The notes under the pieces: model-generated
What the model was told of the DNA's origin: nothing
The model's database searches: none
Seen by the model: the letters and a program-made list of their open reading frames with translations, nothing else
Assembly: GCA_000002445.1 (NCBI GenBank)
Contig: CP000071.1
Location: 352,001 to 416,000, forward strand
DNA: 64,000 nucleotides
Origin: Trypanosoma brucei
Lineage: Eukaryota
Reading direction: 5' to 3'
In this document: positions 32,701-42,307 of the stretch, one piece after another
Position numbering within the stretch: position 1 is the first letter of the stretch
How the letters are laid out: every line of letters starts with the position of its first letter
Made by a program: the position numbers and the translations under genes

Positions 32701-32958
32701 TGTCAGCGGAGCCTCCTCAGGAAGCTCATTCCTCCCATACACAGCACGCCGATTCTCTACAGAAAAAGAGTCGATGCCATCTGTTATACTCGTGCCAAGT
32801 CGTTCGGCAATACCCTCAACGCCGCCAAGTTCCTCGTATAGGGGCTTTGGATCTTCATTGCAAGTAAATAACTTTTGCAGGACGCTTTTTGTTTCATTGC
32901 CATTGTTCTCCGGTGATACTTGTGTCTTATGTTCCTGCGGTGACTCAAGTGGATGCAT
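29716..32958 (-). CDS. PMCA-like Ca2+-transporting P-type ATPase, paralogue C, which has the private N-terminus
   Basis: The ATG was verified at 32956-32958. The first 38 aa (MHPLESPQEHKTQVSPENNGNETKSVLQKLFTCNEDP) and the 5' flank are unrelated to A and B. The nucleotide breakpoint is at about 32847. The rest of the gene is near-identical to B, with A-like patches such as LDELAAFIGR. Confidence 0.9.
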   Translation of the reverse strand: MHPLESPQEHKTQVSPENNGNETKSVLQKLFTCNEDPKPLYEELGGVEGIAERLGTSITDGIDSFSVENRRAVYGRNELPEEAPLTFWKILKAAWSDRMIILLTLAACVSLILGLTVPEPGHEKVDYKTGWIEGTAILMAVIAVTSASSIQDYRKELKFRALVEENSAQPISVIRDGHKVTVDVTEIVVGDLVSLSPGLVIPVDGLYVRGLSVVVDESSVTGENDLKKKGAEHPILLSGTVVSTAEDAYILACAVGESSFGGKLLMESRLDGEPRATPLQERLDELAAFIGRVAIISAVLLFIVLCIIEIERIATNKQQFYPKKFLNFLLLCVTIVVVAVPEGLPLAVTIALAYSQNQMQKDNNQVRRLCACETMGNATQICSDKTGTLTQNRMTVVQGYIGMRRFRVSNPGDPSSTVNLEGVSSDAQSLLMLGLALNSSSEKELLPGNVGAESDLLSRWTWRTDKGNKTDQAILDFVDRVLISVPGSCNDKELPHQKLRMTNRSRGFAIFPFTSERKFMTAVVAGADGVVMQYVKGGSDRVLGMCNRYLSSEGREEPLTEEVTEMITEQIRSIAGDANRTIGVAYGRIGTDGAVPEEEPEGPFVWLALLGIQDPLRPEVVDAVRMCQRAGVTVRMCTGDNLDTAVAISRQCGIYNRLRGDLALTGKDFRNLVYDTYGDEANMEKFWPVLDRMMVMGRSQPLDKQLLVLMLMLRGEVVAVTGDGTNDAPALRLANVGFVMRSGTDIAVKSGDIVLLDDNFRSVQRAVVWGRTVNDNIRKFLQLQLTVNVVSFLVTVVGTLVREGKSSPLTTVQLLWVNLLMDTLAALALATEQPTEDCLNRGPSSPRAPLVSRRMWFTIFSVATVQLTAFFSVLTFGGKYFGEDENGKHLHRTFLFNVFVFGTIFHMLNCRKLYRELNVFEGMGRSVFFIVVVGSCIAFQVLAICTFNDFMGVRPLSIKQWGVSIGIAAISLVVGILSRVVSIREPVFALIPDSRNVDGSASRLIKDVSVAAEQRQRETDGTSDASSLLAGRLRAQSRWRRLQAEHVKKPRVVNAFRRAWTDRDMKRGSTRQLYDTLRMV

Positions 32959-33804
32959 GTCTTTCCTAGTTTGATAGTATGCGAACTGATCTGTATATCT
33001 TTATGAAAATACTTCAGATATTTCTGAGACCCTTCCTTTTCGTAATGTCTTTGCTGAATTTAATCTCTCTGAAGTGATTTCGTCGATTTTTTTGTAATTT
33101 TTTTTTCGAGAATCGTGTTTGCCGCTTTTGTTTCCTTTTTTCTTTTTTTTTTTTGTGCAAAGTTCTCTGTTGCTTTACAACAAGTGAATGGCACCACGCG
33201 CCCACTGCTCTGAATGTGTATATTTAGATGCTGCTTCGTATGTGCTGTATAGACGGAAGCTACAAATATGCGGTCTAGTGGCCACGTAATACAAAAAATT
33301 TAGATAGAAGCAACTAAATCAACAAAAAGAGACCAGTGGAGTCAAATATTAACTGGAGGATTCGCAAGCGATCCGTTCCTCTCGGCTCCGCCAACCCTCC
33401 TGCTTTTTGTTTTCTTTCTCCCTTCTTTCGTCTCCGGGCTTCCTATCTTTAAGGTTTCTTTGACCTTTTCGGGTGTACTCTTTCCCTCAATCTTGGAGTT
33501 TAACCGAAAAACAGAATGAATAAAAGGAGTGTAAACCAATAAGTGGAAAAGGCGGGCAACGAAAGGTGAACAAGGGGAGACATAAAGGGAGACGATGTAG
33601 CGCGTCAGGCAAGTAGATAGAAGTGCCACCTGAAAAAACTTATGAATGTAAAAGCAAAGTGCGCACAACCAGGATATCCATAGTAACAGGAACGATATTG
33701 TTAATCCAGTAAAGAGCAGGGCTTCAATAAATATATGCAGACGCACAATAAAAACAGGTTAAACACTTTCCCAACGGGGATGACTTCAACACTTCACAAT
33801 CCAC

Positions 33805-35865
33805 TTAGGCAACGCCGCACTTACCCAGCGCTTGAAGTTCCACAACACGGCGCTTCAGTTTTACACATTCACCAGCCACGTTTAAAAGTTCCGACTGCAA
33901 GTTAGCCATAGACGCACGAAAAACTTGTATCACCTTGCAAAATATTTCATCCCTGCGGTTTCCCTCAGCATGCCATCCGTCAAGAGAGGAAACAAGCACC
34001 GTTTCCTGCTTATCAGATTGTGACAACGCTGCACCAACAGCGTCCATCCACTCAACCACTTTAGAAGTAAGAGGCAAAGATGCAGAGTTGCCACACGCCA
34101 CACCCTCAGCAACTTCATCATGGCTTCGCTGAGCCTCAGCCAATTGTGCCTTCAGTTGCTCCACCTCTTGCTGTAAGGCATGCATGGCCTCCTCCCTAGA
34201 CTCCATAACTTCACGACATTTTACCTCACTAGCCACAGCAACTTCATCATGGCTTCGCTGAGCCTCAGCCAATTGTGCCTTCAGTTGCTCCACTTCTTGC
34301 TGTAAGGCATGCATGGCCTCCTCCCTAGACTCCATAACTTCACGACATTTTACCTCACTAGCCACAGCAACTTCATCATGGCTTCGCTGAGCCTCAGCCA
34401 ATTGTGCCTTCAGTTGCTCCACCTCTTGCTGTAAGGCATGCATGGCCTCCTCCCTAGACTCCATAACTTCACGACATTTTACCTCACTAGCCACAGCAAC
34501 TTCATCATGGCTTCGCTGAGCCTCAGCCAATTGTGCCTTCAGTTGCTCCACTTCTTGCTGTAAGGCATGCATGGCCTCCTCCCTAGACTCCATAACTTCA
34601 CGACATTTTACCTCACTAGCCACAGCAACTTCATCATGGCTTCGCTGAGCCTCAGCCAATTGTGCCTTCAGTTGCTCCACCTCTTGCTGTAAGGCATGCA
34701 TGGCCTCCTCCCTAGACTCCATAACTTCACGACATTTTACCTCACTAGCCACAGCAACTTCATCATGGCTTCGCTGAGCCTCAGCCAATTGTGCCTTCAG
34801 TTGCTCCACCTCTTGCTGTAAGGCATGCATGGCCTCCTCCCTAGACTCCATAACTTCACGACATTTTACCTCACTAGCCACAGCAACTTCATCATGGCTT
34901 CGCTGAGCCTCAGCCAATTGTGCCTTCAGTTGCTCCACTTCTTGCTGTAAGGCATGCATGGCCTCCTCCCTAGACTCCATAACTTCACGACATTTTACCT
35001 CACTAGCCACAGCAACTTCATCATGGCTTCGCTGAGCCTCAGCCAATTGTGCCTTCAGTTGCTCCACTTCTTGCTGTAAGGCATGCATGGCCTCCTCCCT
35101 AGACTGGGTCTCCAGGTCCGAGTCTTGATACCGGGAAAGTTCATTCCGCAGATCCTGAATTGTTTTTCTGTCTTGCTCCACCACAGTTCGCACTCGATCC
35201 TGCCACTGCTCGACCTTTTCCTTCACTTCACGATCTATGCTTTCCCTTATGGCTTCGGCACTTGGACCTCCAGAACTTGCAGTGTATTGTTGCGCGGTTA
35301 TTTGCTGACTTTCTCGGAGGCGCTGAAGTTCGTTTTCCAGTTGATTAATACGGTTTTTATGGTTTTCACGCTCGAGTCTGTCATACTCTCTCAACTCCCT
35401 TACTCTCTCCTGAACAGAGGCCTCTAGCACCTTGGCTTGTGCGGCGACGATTCCATCCGACTGTGTGAGCACTGTGCTTCCTGTTTCCCTTAGCGTCTGA
35501 AACTCTCTTGTCTTTTCCTCCAACTGCTCACGTAAAGCCGTTATTAATTCCTCACTTCGACTCATATCCTGAGCAAATGTCACGCGCTCCTGCTCTATCT
35601 CTTGCTGCAATTGCAACAAGGAGTGTTGGAGCTGCGACACCTCAGTCGTTGTTACTTCGCCTGAATCCACGGCGGCTGCTGGGCACACCTTTTCATTAGA
35701 CGATTGATTGGTGATGTCCTTCACAAGCTCCTCCAGGTGGGCAATATACTGGGTTTTCTCACGGTTTGTTATGCTTTGTTTCTTGGCAAGTTCAATGAGT
35801 TCTTCCCTCGTCATCAATTCCAAGTCGACAGTGCGAGTGCGACGCGGTGCAAGAGGCGCAGACAT
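33805..35865 (-). CDS. Coiled-coil protein with internal 43-aa tandem repeats (SREEAMHALQQEVEQLKAQLAEAQRSHDEVAVASEVKCREVME, about 7.7 copies)
   Basis: The 686-aa ORF has a verified ATG at 35863-35865. The N-terminal 254 aa are unique coiled-coil sequence, followed by the repeats and then a unique roughly 80-aa C-terminus. Confidence 0.65.
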   Translation of the reverse strand: MSAPLAPRRTRTVDLELMTREELIELAKKQSITNREKTQYIAHLEELVKDITNQSSNEKVCPAAAVDSGEVTTTEVSQLQHSLLQLQQEIEQERVTFAQDMSRSEELITALREQLEEKTREFQTLRETGSTVLTQSDGIVAAQAKVLEASVQERVRELREYDRLERENHKNRINQLENELQRLRESQQITAQQYTASSGGPSAEAIRESIDREVKEKVEQWQDRVRTVVEQDRKTIQDLRNELSRYQDSDLETQSREEAMHALQQEVEQLKAQLAEAQRSHDEVAVASEVKCREVMESREEAMHALQQEVEQLKAQLAEAQRSHDEVAVASEVKCREVMESREEAMHALQQEVEQLKAQLAEAQRSHDEVAVASEVKCREVMESREEAMHALQQEVEQLKAQLAEAQRSHDEVAVASEVKCREVMESREEAMHALQQEVEQLKAQLAEAQRSHDEVAVASEVKCREVMESREEAMHALQQEVEQLKAQLAEAQRSHDEVAVASEVKCREVMESREEAMHALQQEVEQLKAQLAEAQRSHDEVAVASEVKCREVMESREEAMHALQQEVEQLKAQLAEAQRSHDEVAEGVACGNSASLPLTSKVVEWMDAVGAALSQSDKQETVLVSSLDGWHAEGNRRDEIFCKVIQVFRASMANLQSELLNVAGECVKLKRRVVELQALGKCGVA
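34106..35105 (-). repeat. 129-bp near-perfect tandem repeat (about 7.7 copies) inside the coiled-coil CDS
   Basis: The period was measured from recurring caattgtgcc at 34141, 34270, 34399 and onward. The only visible polymorphism is synonymous: ccacCtcttg versus ccacTtcttg (gag/gaa Glu). Confidence 0.9.
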
Positions 35866-37675
35866 TCGTGCAAGCAGTTATTTGAGGGGGAAAAAAACAG
35901 CAAAATGAAACGTAAAGATCTCTTTGCTAATGCCTTTGGAATGAAAGAACGCGTGGAACCTTTACCAAGCACCGGTACAACTTTAAACACAATCTTTATT
36001 GCTAAGGGTTTTCGAGCCTTTAACTGTGCTCGCGAGTGCGTAATCCATTTTACATTACGTCGGACCAGCGGCGGGCGAGAAGCGACGATAACAAATGGGA
36101 AAATGCATGCTCTGAGTAGTCCACTTAAAGTGCAGAGGTGTCAACAGGTTCAGTCTCTTCAGGCATTCGGGGGGAAGGAAAGGGAAATTACTCATTAGAA
36201 CTCAGCAGTCTGTGAAGTACGAAAAAAAAGGGGGCCTTCCTCATCTTTTCTGTGCTTTGCCTCAGCGTTTTCTCGGCAATTAATGCCTAGAAAGTAATTA
36301 ATGTGGCGTCACACTGTACCACAACCCTAAGACCGTACCACCACTGCCACTGCGCCCTCTCTTAGAGGACCAAGGGTGAAACCACACCCATCACCGTCGC
36401 CAATACGCTGCGGTTGGCAGCAGCTGAAGTATTATTACCCTTATCCTTGCGTATGTTGTCCCGGGTTGCATGTACATCACCCTTCCCGGCTGGGATTGCG
36501 ACAAGAGAGAAACTAACTCTCTCCATTTGCAGCCGGAGGTCGAGCTTCACGAAGGCAGTAAGTGGTCTGCTACCGGGACGAGGACTCGTCGTAACTTCCC
36601 TCTGCCCATCATCGGGTAGAGCCAACTGCCGACTGTCACTGACGCGTGACCGCTTATTGGAACGGTACTCCGCACCATCCATGGACTGATGCCCCCCCCA
36701 AGGCGACAGCCGCCACAGTGAAGACTCGAGCCTCGGAGTCCAGTTCACCGCCGACGTGCGCCTGTAATAAAACAACAACCCCGTCCCTGGTGTTGCCATC
36801 GATGTTGTCGCTACGAGGACCACCACGAAGACTGAAATGGGCACCAGTTAACTGCAATGTTGTGCTCCCAACAGGGTATGACACCTCCACCTTCTTGGAG
36901 TGGGCGGCACATTCTGTAGGCGGGGAAGAGAGCTTATTCTTATTCGATGTATCCTTCTTAGATTCGGTGTGACCGGATGCGAAAATATTCTGTGGGGAGG
37001 CAATCGTTAACCGTGCCACGACAGTTCGCACCATCCAAACCGTGAAGGAAAACAAAGTGATCAAAGGAAGAACGGAATAGTCACAAGTCTCCGGTACTTC
37101 CTCCTCTTTCCCTAACAGTCTTTCTCTCTTTTGCACTTTCAACTTAATCCCTTTCCTCTTTTCTGTCGTCCGTCTACCCTCTCACACTTCAAGCGCCTTC
37201 CCTACTCTTGACCCACTATTCTCGTGGAAAGGCAGTAGATAATGGCAGCAGAAGCAGTAGCAAAGGTACGAAATTTGTACGGTGTTCGAATCAAAAGGTA
37301 AACACAAGAGGTGAAAATGCAACAGGAGGGCGTCAATGACCTGTACGTACCCCAGCTGGGCCCGGTGCCGGCTAGCTGCACCCTCAGTTATAAAATGTAG
37401 ACTCATCCTTTTACCTCACTTAGCCAAGACAAAAACGCACCTCTTATACTTAAATTTTCACGTCATGAATCCCTCCCCCACGGCACATCATACATAAACA
37501 CATGCCACCCGCGTTAGCCAACGTTCAGAATAACCTAATCCGTCACAGTATGGGCAAAAAAAGAAAAGGAAGCGGGAGCCGTCAATCACAGCACCTCTGG
37601 GAGAAGTGAAAGGGGGAACACGGTGGAGGAGCAGCGCTCCACTATCCGACATACCCACATGACTATTAGCGCGGG

Positions 37676-38227
37676 TTAATTTCCCTTCCCTTTCTTCTCC
37701 GCGTCGATGCGGCTCCTTTTATTGCCTCCATCGTTACCGTTTGCCTTCCCCTTTGAACTCTTGGGTTTCCCACCGTCTCCTTTGGGTTTCTCTCCCCCTC
37801 TTGACCGCCGCGATGCCATCTCCATGCCGTCACTGGAATCCTCTTCCTCCTCATCCCTATCCTCATCGCTGGAGTCTCCCTTGTCGGCGTTATATCGGTC
37901 TTCATCACTCTCGAAATACCCAGTTAGGTGGACCGTAGGACCTTCACCACTACAACCCACAGTTGAAGAGGGAACAAGAGTAAAGGAAACCTTCCGCGAG
38001 AAAATGTGATGCAGGGGAACGTAATATAATTCTCTGTCCGCGGAAAGGGTGCAAAGGGCTAACCGAGTCGGTAAATCATGGCTCTGCGCGTACAGTGTGA
38101 CGGCACCTGGCACAATGCTTGTGAGTGAACAGTGCGTCAACACCAAAGAGCTATCTGGTGGCATCGGTGGGGAAATGGCAACCTGGTCGGGCCGGAGCTC
38201 CAAGCCAAAGAAGCAGTGAAGCGACAT
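37676..38227 (-). CDS. Hypothetical protein, 183 aa, with an acidic DE/S-rich stretch followed by a basic K/G-rich tail
   Basis: The ATG was verified at 38225-38227. Just upstream lie a minus-strand polypyrimidine run (ttttgtttttgtttgtcac) and AG dinucleotides. The composition is partly low-complexity, so this call is tentative. Confidence 0.35.
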   Translation of the reverse strand: MSLHCFFGLELRPDQVAISPPMPPDSSLVLTHCSLTSIVPGAVTLYAQSHDLPTRLALCTLSADRELYYVPLHHIFSRKVSFTLVPSSTVGCSGEGPTVHLTGYFESDEDRYNADKGDSSDEDRDEEEEDSSDGMEMASRRSRGGEKPKGDGGKPKSSKGKANGNDGGNKRSRIDAEKKGKGN

Positions 38228-39385
38228 GAACTATCTGTGGATGCCTCTGGATCTAAATTTGTGACAAACAAAAACAAAAGCAAACGTTTTCGTAAATATA
38301 TTTTTTCTTCTTATATTTACTCCACACTATTATCCTCCAGTGCTTTGACGCGCCCTCGTAGACGATGTAATCTGCGTTGCCACCCACAGGCAATATTTTC
38401 AGCGCGTGGTGGTGTTAAACGACAACGGTTGCAAAGAAGCTCTAAGGATTTCGTAGTCACTATCAGCATCATTATTATTTTTAACAATAAAAGGCGGATA
38501 AAAAAGAAAAAGCGAAAAGGGGAAAGGGGGAAGAAAAGAAAAATGACATGGCGTCTGATGGTAGAAGCAGACAAACCAAAAGAAGGTACACCGCAGCTTC
38601 CAACGGCAGGTTTACATGGCAACGATACAAGCAAAAGTAGCGAAAAGTGCGAGGACTGCAAAGATAGATAACAGTTACTGATACAGCCACAAAAAAAAAA
38701 AGCCCTACACTTTCCATCACACACACGAAAACTCCAATTGCATCGATACGCCCTCAAACAGGTGTAAGCAAATGGTAGGCAGTTAACGATAGTAACAATA
38801 ACAACGATGAATGTTATGACGCCACAGGAGCCATTTCACTGAGCACCATGCACAAAAGCCAGTTCTCCCCCAGTTACAACAACTGGCTCAACACAGTTCA
38901 AACGGCACCGGTGAAATGGAACGTGCATACATACATACACATTCCGATAGCGTGAAAGGGAGGTGGAAATGAAGCACACGCGCAAGATGAACAGAAAAAA
39001 GTAAAAAAGCTACTTTGCAGGACGGTAAAAGTAGAAACGAACTGTAAGAAGTAAAAAGTAAGCGGACAGCAAAAGATCGAGCAGACGGGTTATGTCATAT
39101 GTCTGTAGCGTGAATCAAAAAAAAATAATCAAAAAATAAATAGAAATCGCCCCACACATACACACAGTTAAGAACGCTTTCACATTGTTTGGAGTCCACC
39201 TATTTGTTTCTCAGTTCACCTCTTGCTGGACGGTATTGGTTAATAGGGACTCAATAAAACTACCAGGCAGAAATGAATAAAAAAGCAAACATGGAGAAGT
39301 CGAGGGAGGGAAACAGTACAGACGGCACTGTATTACCAGTTGCATAGGCGCGGTCAGGGAGGAATACGCAAGCAAATGAAGATTC

Positions 39386-41080
39386 TCACATTTGTGAGTT
39401 ATAGTTGGGACCACCACCGCCCTCGGGCACCGTCCAGTCGATATTCTGCGTGGGATCCTTGATGTCACACGCTTTGCAGTGTAAACAGTTCTGTGCGTTG
39501 ATTACCAGCTTTCCGTCCACAAATTCATACACTTTGGCGGGGCAGTACTTCCCCTCTGGGCCATCATAAAGAGAAAGGTTGACGTCAATTGGTACAGAGG
39601 CATCATGAAGTTGCAGATGCGCTGGTTGGTCAGCGTTGTGGTCCGTTCCACTCAAGTTGAGATTTGTCAAGAGGTCAAAAGTAATCTCGCCATCAGGCTT
39701 GGGGTACTCAATTTGCACGCACGAAGCCGCGGGTTTCAGGCTTTTGTGGTCAGGCTGGTGATGTCGCAGTGTCCACGGCTCCGCGCCGCGTGTGAGAAGG
39801 GTTGTTACGCCTGTATACAGCACGCCCAACAGGAAGTGACGGGCGAACGTCTGCCGCACGTTGCGCACCTGATACAACTCTTCGTATAACCAACTTTCCC
39901 TAAACCTCTCTTGGTAACTTTTGCAATCGACATGCACTAATTTCTCCCTGCCAGACACAAAAGCGTCGGCGTACACGGCCTCCGCGGCCAACATCCCAGA
40001 CTTCATGGCCGTGTGCGTGCCTTTTATCTTTGGTAAGTTAAGGAAACCTGCACAGTCGCCAACGAGCACACCGCCAGGAAAGTGTAACTGCGGCAGCGAA
40101 ACCAAGCCACCTTCAACAAGTGTTCGAGCACCGTAATGAAGCGGCCGACCGCCACGCAGTTGCGATGTTACCAACTCGTGAGTCTTCCACTTCTGAAACT
40201 CCATGTAGGGACGAATGTGAGGATTTTTGTAGTCCAAGCCTACAACAAACCCAAGGGAGACCAAACCATCGCCGTAGTGGTAGAGAAAGGACCCACCGTA
40301 CGTGTTGTCGTGGCCCTTATCTGTGAGTGGCCAACCTATTGTGTGCGAAACAGAACCAGGGCGATGGTTGCCCTCTGGAACCTCCCACACCTCTTTCACT
40401 CCAAGACCGTACGTTTGGAAATTCTGCTTCCCACGGAGGTTGAATATTTTCTCTAACTGCTTGGTGCAAGAACCACGGCATCCTTCTGCGAACACGGTTT
40501 GCTTGGCCCTAAAAATCATGCCAGGATCGTACCGTTCGGTTTTCTCACCCTTCTTATTGATTCCGACATCGTTAAGCTGTACACCTTCCACTGCCGTCAT
40601 AGTGCTGTTAAGCACAGGCCGGGCGGCGGCAAACCCCGAATACACCTCCACACCTAACTCCGTTGCTCGTTCAGACAGCCACCTGCACAGTGACCCAAGC
40701 GACATGATACGCGCATTGTGGTTTTGCAGTGTGGGTGGTATTATGGGGGACCTAAAGCTGCGTTTCTGGTCACGCAAATAATAAAAGTTGTCGCTCGTTA
40801 CGGTTGTCAGCGTCGGAAGATCAGTAGCGACTTCCCAATCAGGGATGAGCTCATCCAGCGACCGCATGTTTACGCAGGCACCAGAAATCGTATGCGCCCC
40901 AATTTCACTCCCCTTCTCAACAAGAGCGACACGAAAATCATCCCCTGCGACCCCACCGAGTTGCTTTAGTCGAATGGCTGTGGCCAGTCCCGCTGGGCCG
41001 CCTCCAACAACAACAACGTCGAACTCCTCAATCACTCGCTCCGCCACGGCGCAAAAACAACAACTTGTTCGACGAAGCAT
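39386..41080 (-). CDS. ETFDH: Electron-transfer flavoprotein:ubiquinone oxidoreductase (ETF-QO)
   Basis: The 564-aa product has a verified ATG. It has an FAD-binding Rossmann motif DVVVVGGGPAGLATA. The C-terminal 4Fe-4S ferredoxin-like region reads CPAKVYEF...NCLHCKACDIKDP. Length and architecture are typical of ETF-QO. Confidence 0.9.
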   Translation of the reverse strand: MLRRTSCCFCAVAERVIEEFDVVVVGGGPAGLATAIRLKQLGGVAGDDFRVALVEKGSEIGAHTISGACVNMRSLDELIPDWEVATDLPTLTTVTSDNFYYLRDQKRSFRSPIIPPTLQNHNARIMSLGSLCRWLSERATELGVEVYSGFAAARPVLNSTMTAVEGVQLNDVGINKKGEKTERYDPGMIFRAKQTVFAEGCRGSCTKQLEKIFNLRGKQNFQTYGLGVKEVWEVPEGNHRPGSVSHTIGWPLTDKGHDNTYGGSFLYHYGDGLVSLGFVVGLDYKNPHIRPYMEFQKWKTHELVTSQLRGGRPLHYGARTLVEGGLVSLPQLHFPGGVLVGDCAGFLNLPKIKGTHTAMKSGMLAAEAVYADAFVSGREKLVHVDCKSYQERFRESWLYEELYQVRNVRQTFARHFLLGVLYTGVTTLLTRGAEPWTLRHHQPDHKSLKPAASCVQIEYPKPDGEITFDLLTNLNLSGTDHNADQPAHLQLHDASVPIDVNLSLYDGPEGKYCPAKVYEFVDGKLVINAQNCLHCKACDIKDPTQNIDWTVPEGGGGPNYNSQM

Positions 41081-41862
41081 CGGAAAAATATGGTAGCGGC
41101 AAAACTACAATGCAAGGAACAGTTAAGGTTACAAAAACAAAGCACCTACACGCAAATATGTTTGCGTGTGTTTGATATTAGCCCAATTAGGGTACCTTCG
41201 TTCCCGCCTCCCTTGCCTGAATCTCAACTACCGTTCGTTCACGTCCCTCCAACCCTATTTCTCTCCTTGTCTGCAGTGAGTGCGTACAGAGGGAGGAGAA
41301 ATAAAGAGGTGGGAAAATTCCAGTTGCACTACGGTCCAATCTTCACCCTTGGCGTTTCCCTGTGGCGAATATGCCGCACAACGCTTACTTGATCTTTTTT
41401 TTTTTCAATTTCCCTCCTCCGCAGTATTCTTTGTATGTATAAACTCCTTTCTTTCAAACCTCAAATCTGCTTGACAGGAAGAAAGAGGCACGTTACAGGC
41501 AGGGACAGGAGCTCCAAACGAGTTACCTCTTCAGCACCACATAGAAAAGCGCATACATACAAGCACACACAGCGTCGAACTAAGCGAACAAATGCTGAGT
41601 CACATGAATGAATAAGTGGAAAAATATTCGACATGTACAGCAAAAACAGTTAGGAAAAGGCGTATATCCAAGCAACAACAAAGAAAAAACAATACACCAG
41701 CAGAATGATGCAAAGAAGACGAGTATCCGCGGAGCATTGCCGTAGCTTCCACGCGGTAACGGTACAACCTACAGTAGGGAGGGCGCCTGATGACATCAAA
41801 AGGTGAATATGTGCAAGGAAATGCCCCGCACAATGTAACACTTAAAAAATGTAAATCCCACG

Positions 41863-41885
41863 CACACACACACACACACACACAC
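41863..41885. repeat. (CA)n microsatellite
   Basis: Direct reading. Confidence 0.85.
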
Positions 41886-42307
41886 TCCTCTAACCATCCA
41901 CTTCGGTAAGACGCCAAGCTACCACTTCAAACAAGAAAGAGAGGAAGAAGATTTCAAAAATACCGCTCGAAATTCTTTGGGAAAAAAACGAATAAACACA
42001 TATATGGATACTTGTACATTCCAACCTCCCCCGCACACGTGGCATCATTTCCGCGTTGGCGCGCACAGTCTCTTACCGCACCACCACACCACCGCTACCG
42101 TCGGCAGCACCAACGATGACACGCCATATTAAACTTACCCGGACACCTTTTACTCTTGATTTCACTTTGGTGTTCGCTTTAACATATTCAGTGTCGTCAT
42201 TTATTTCCATACTCGCATCTTTTGGCTTCCACTTCGTTCACCCGCTGCTAACACCACCCAGTCCTATGAATATGTGTAAACACGGCAGCGAAAACAGCAG
42301 TTGGTCC

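Larger units (their letters stand above)
17465..32958 (-). repeat. Tandem gene array with a repeat unit of about 6.1 kb: [Ca2+-ATPase + eIF3h-like] x2 followed by a third ATPase
   Basis: ATPase stop codons lie at 17465, 23582 and 29716, giving periods of 6117 and 6134 nt. The 331-aa ORFs at 21426 and 27555 are identical. The flanking intergenic sequence is also repeated. Confidence 0.9.

Noticed and set aside
33014-33746. Small minus-strand ORFs of 63 and 134 aa between ATPase C and the repeat protein
   Set aside because: They are K-rich or hydrophobic translations of poly(A)/poly(T) and pyrimidine-rich spacer. They are better explained as 5'UTR and splice-signal sequence of ATPase C.
38132-38671. 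Plus-strand 179-aa ORF
   Set aside because: It overlaps the minus-strand gene 37676..38227 and AT-rich spacer. Its orientation is opposite to every supported gene, and it has a low-complexity K/R-rich tail.
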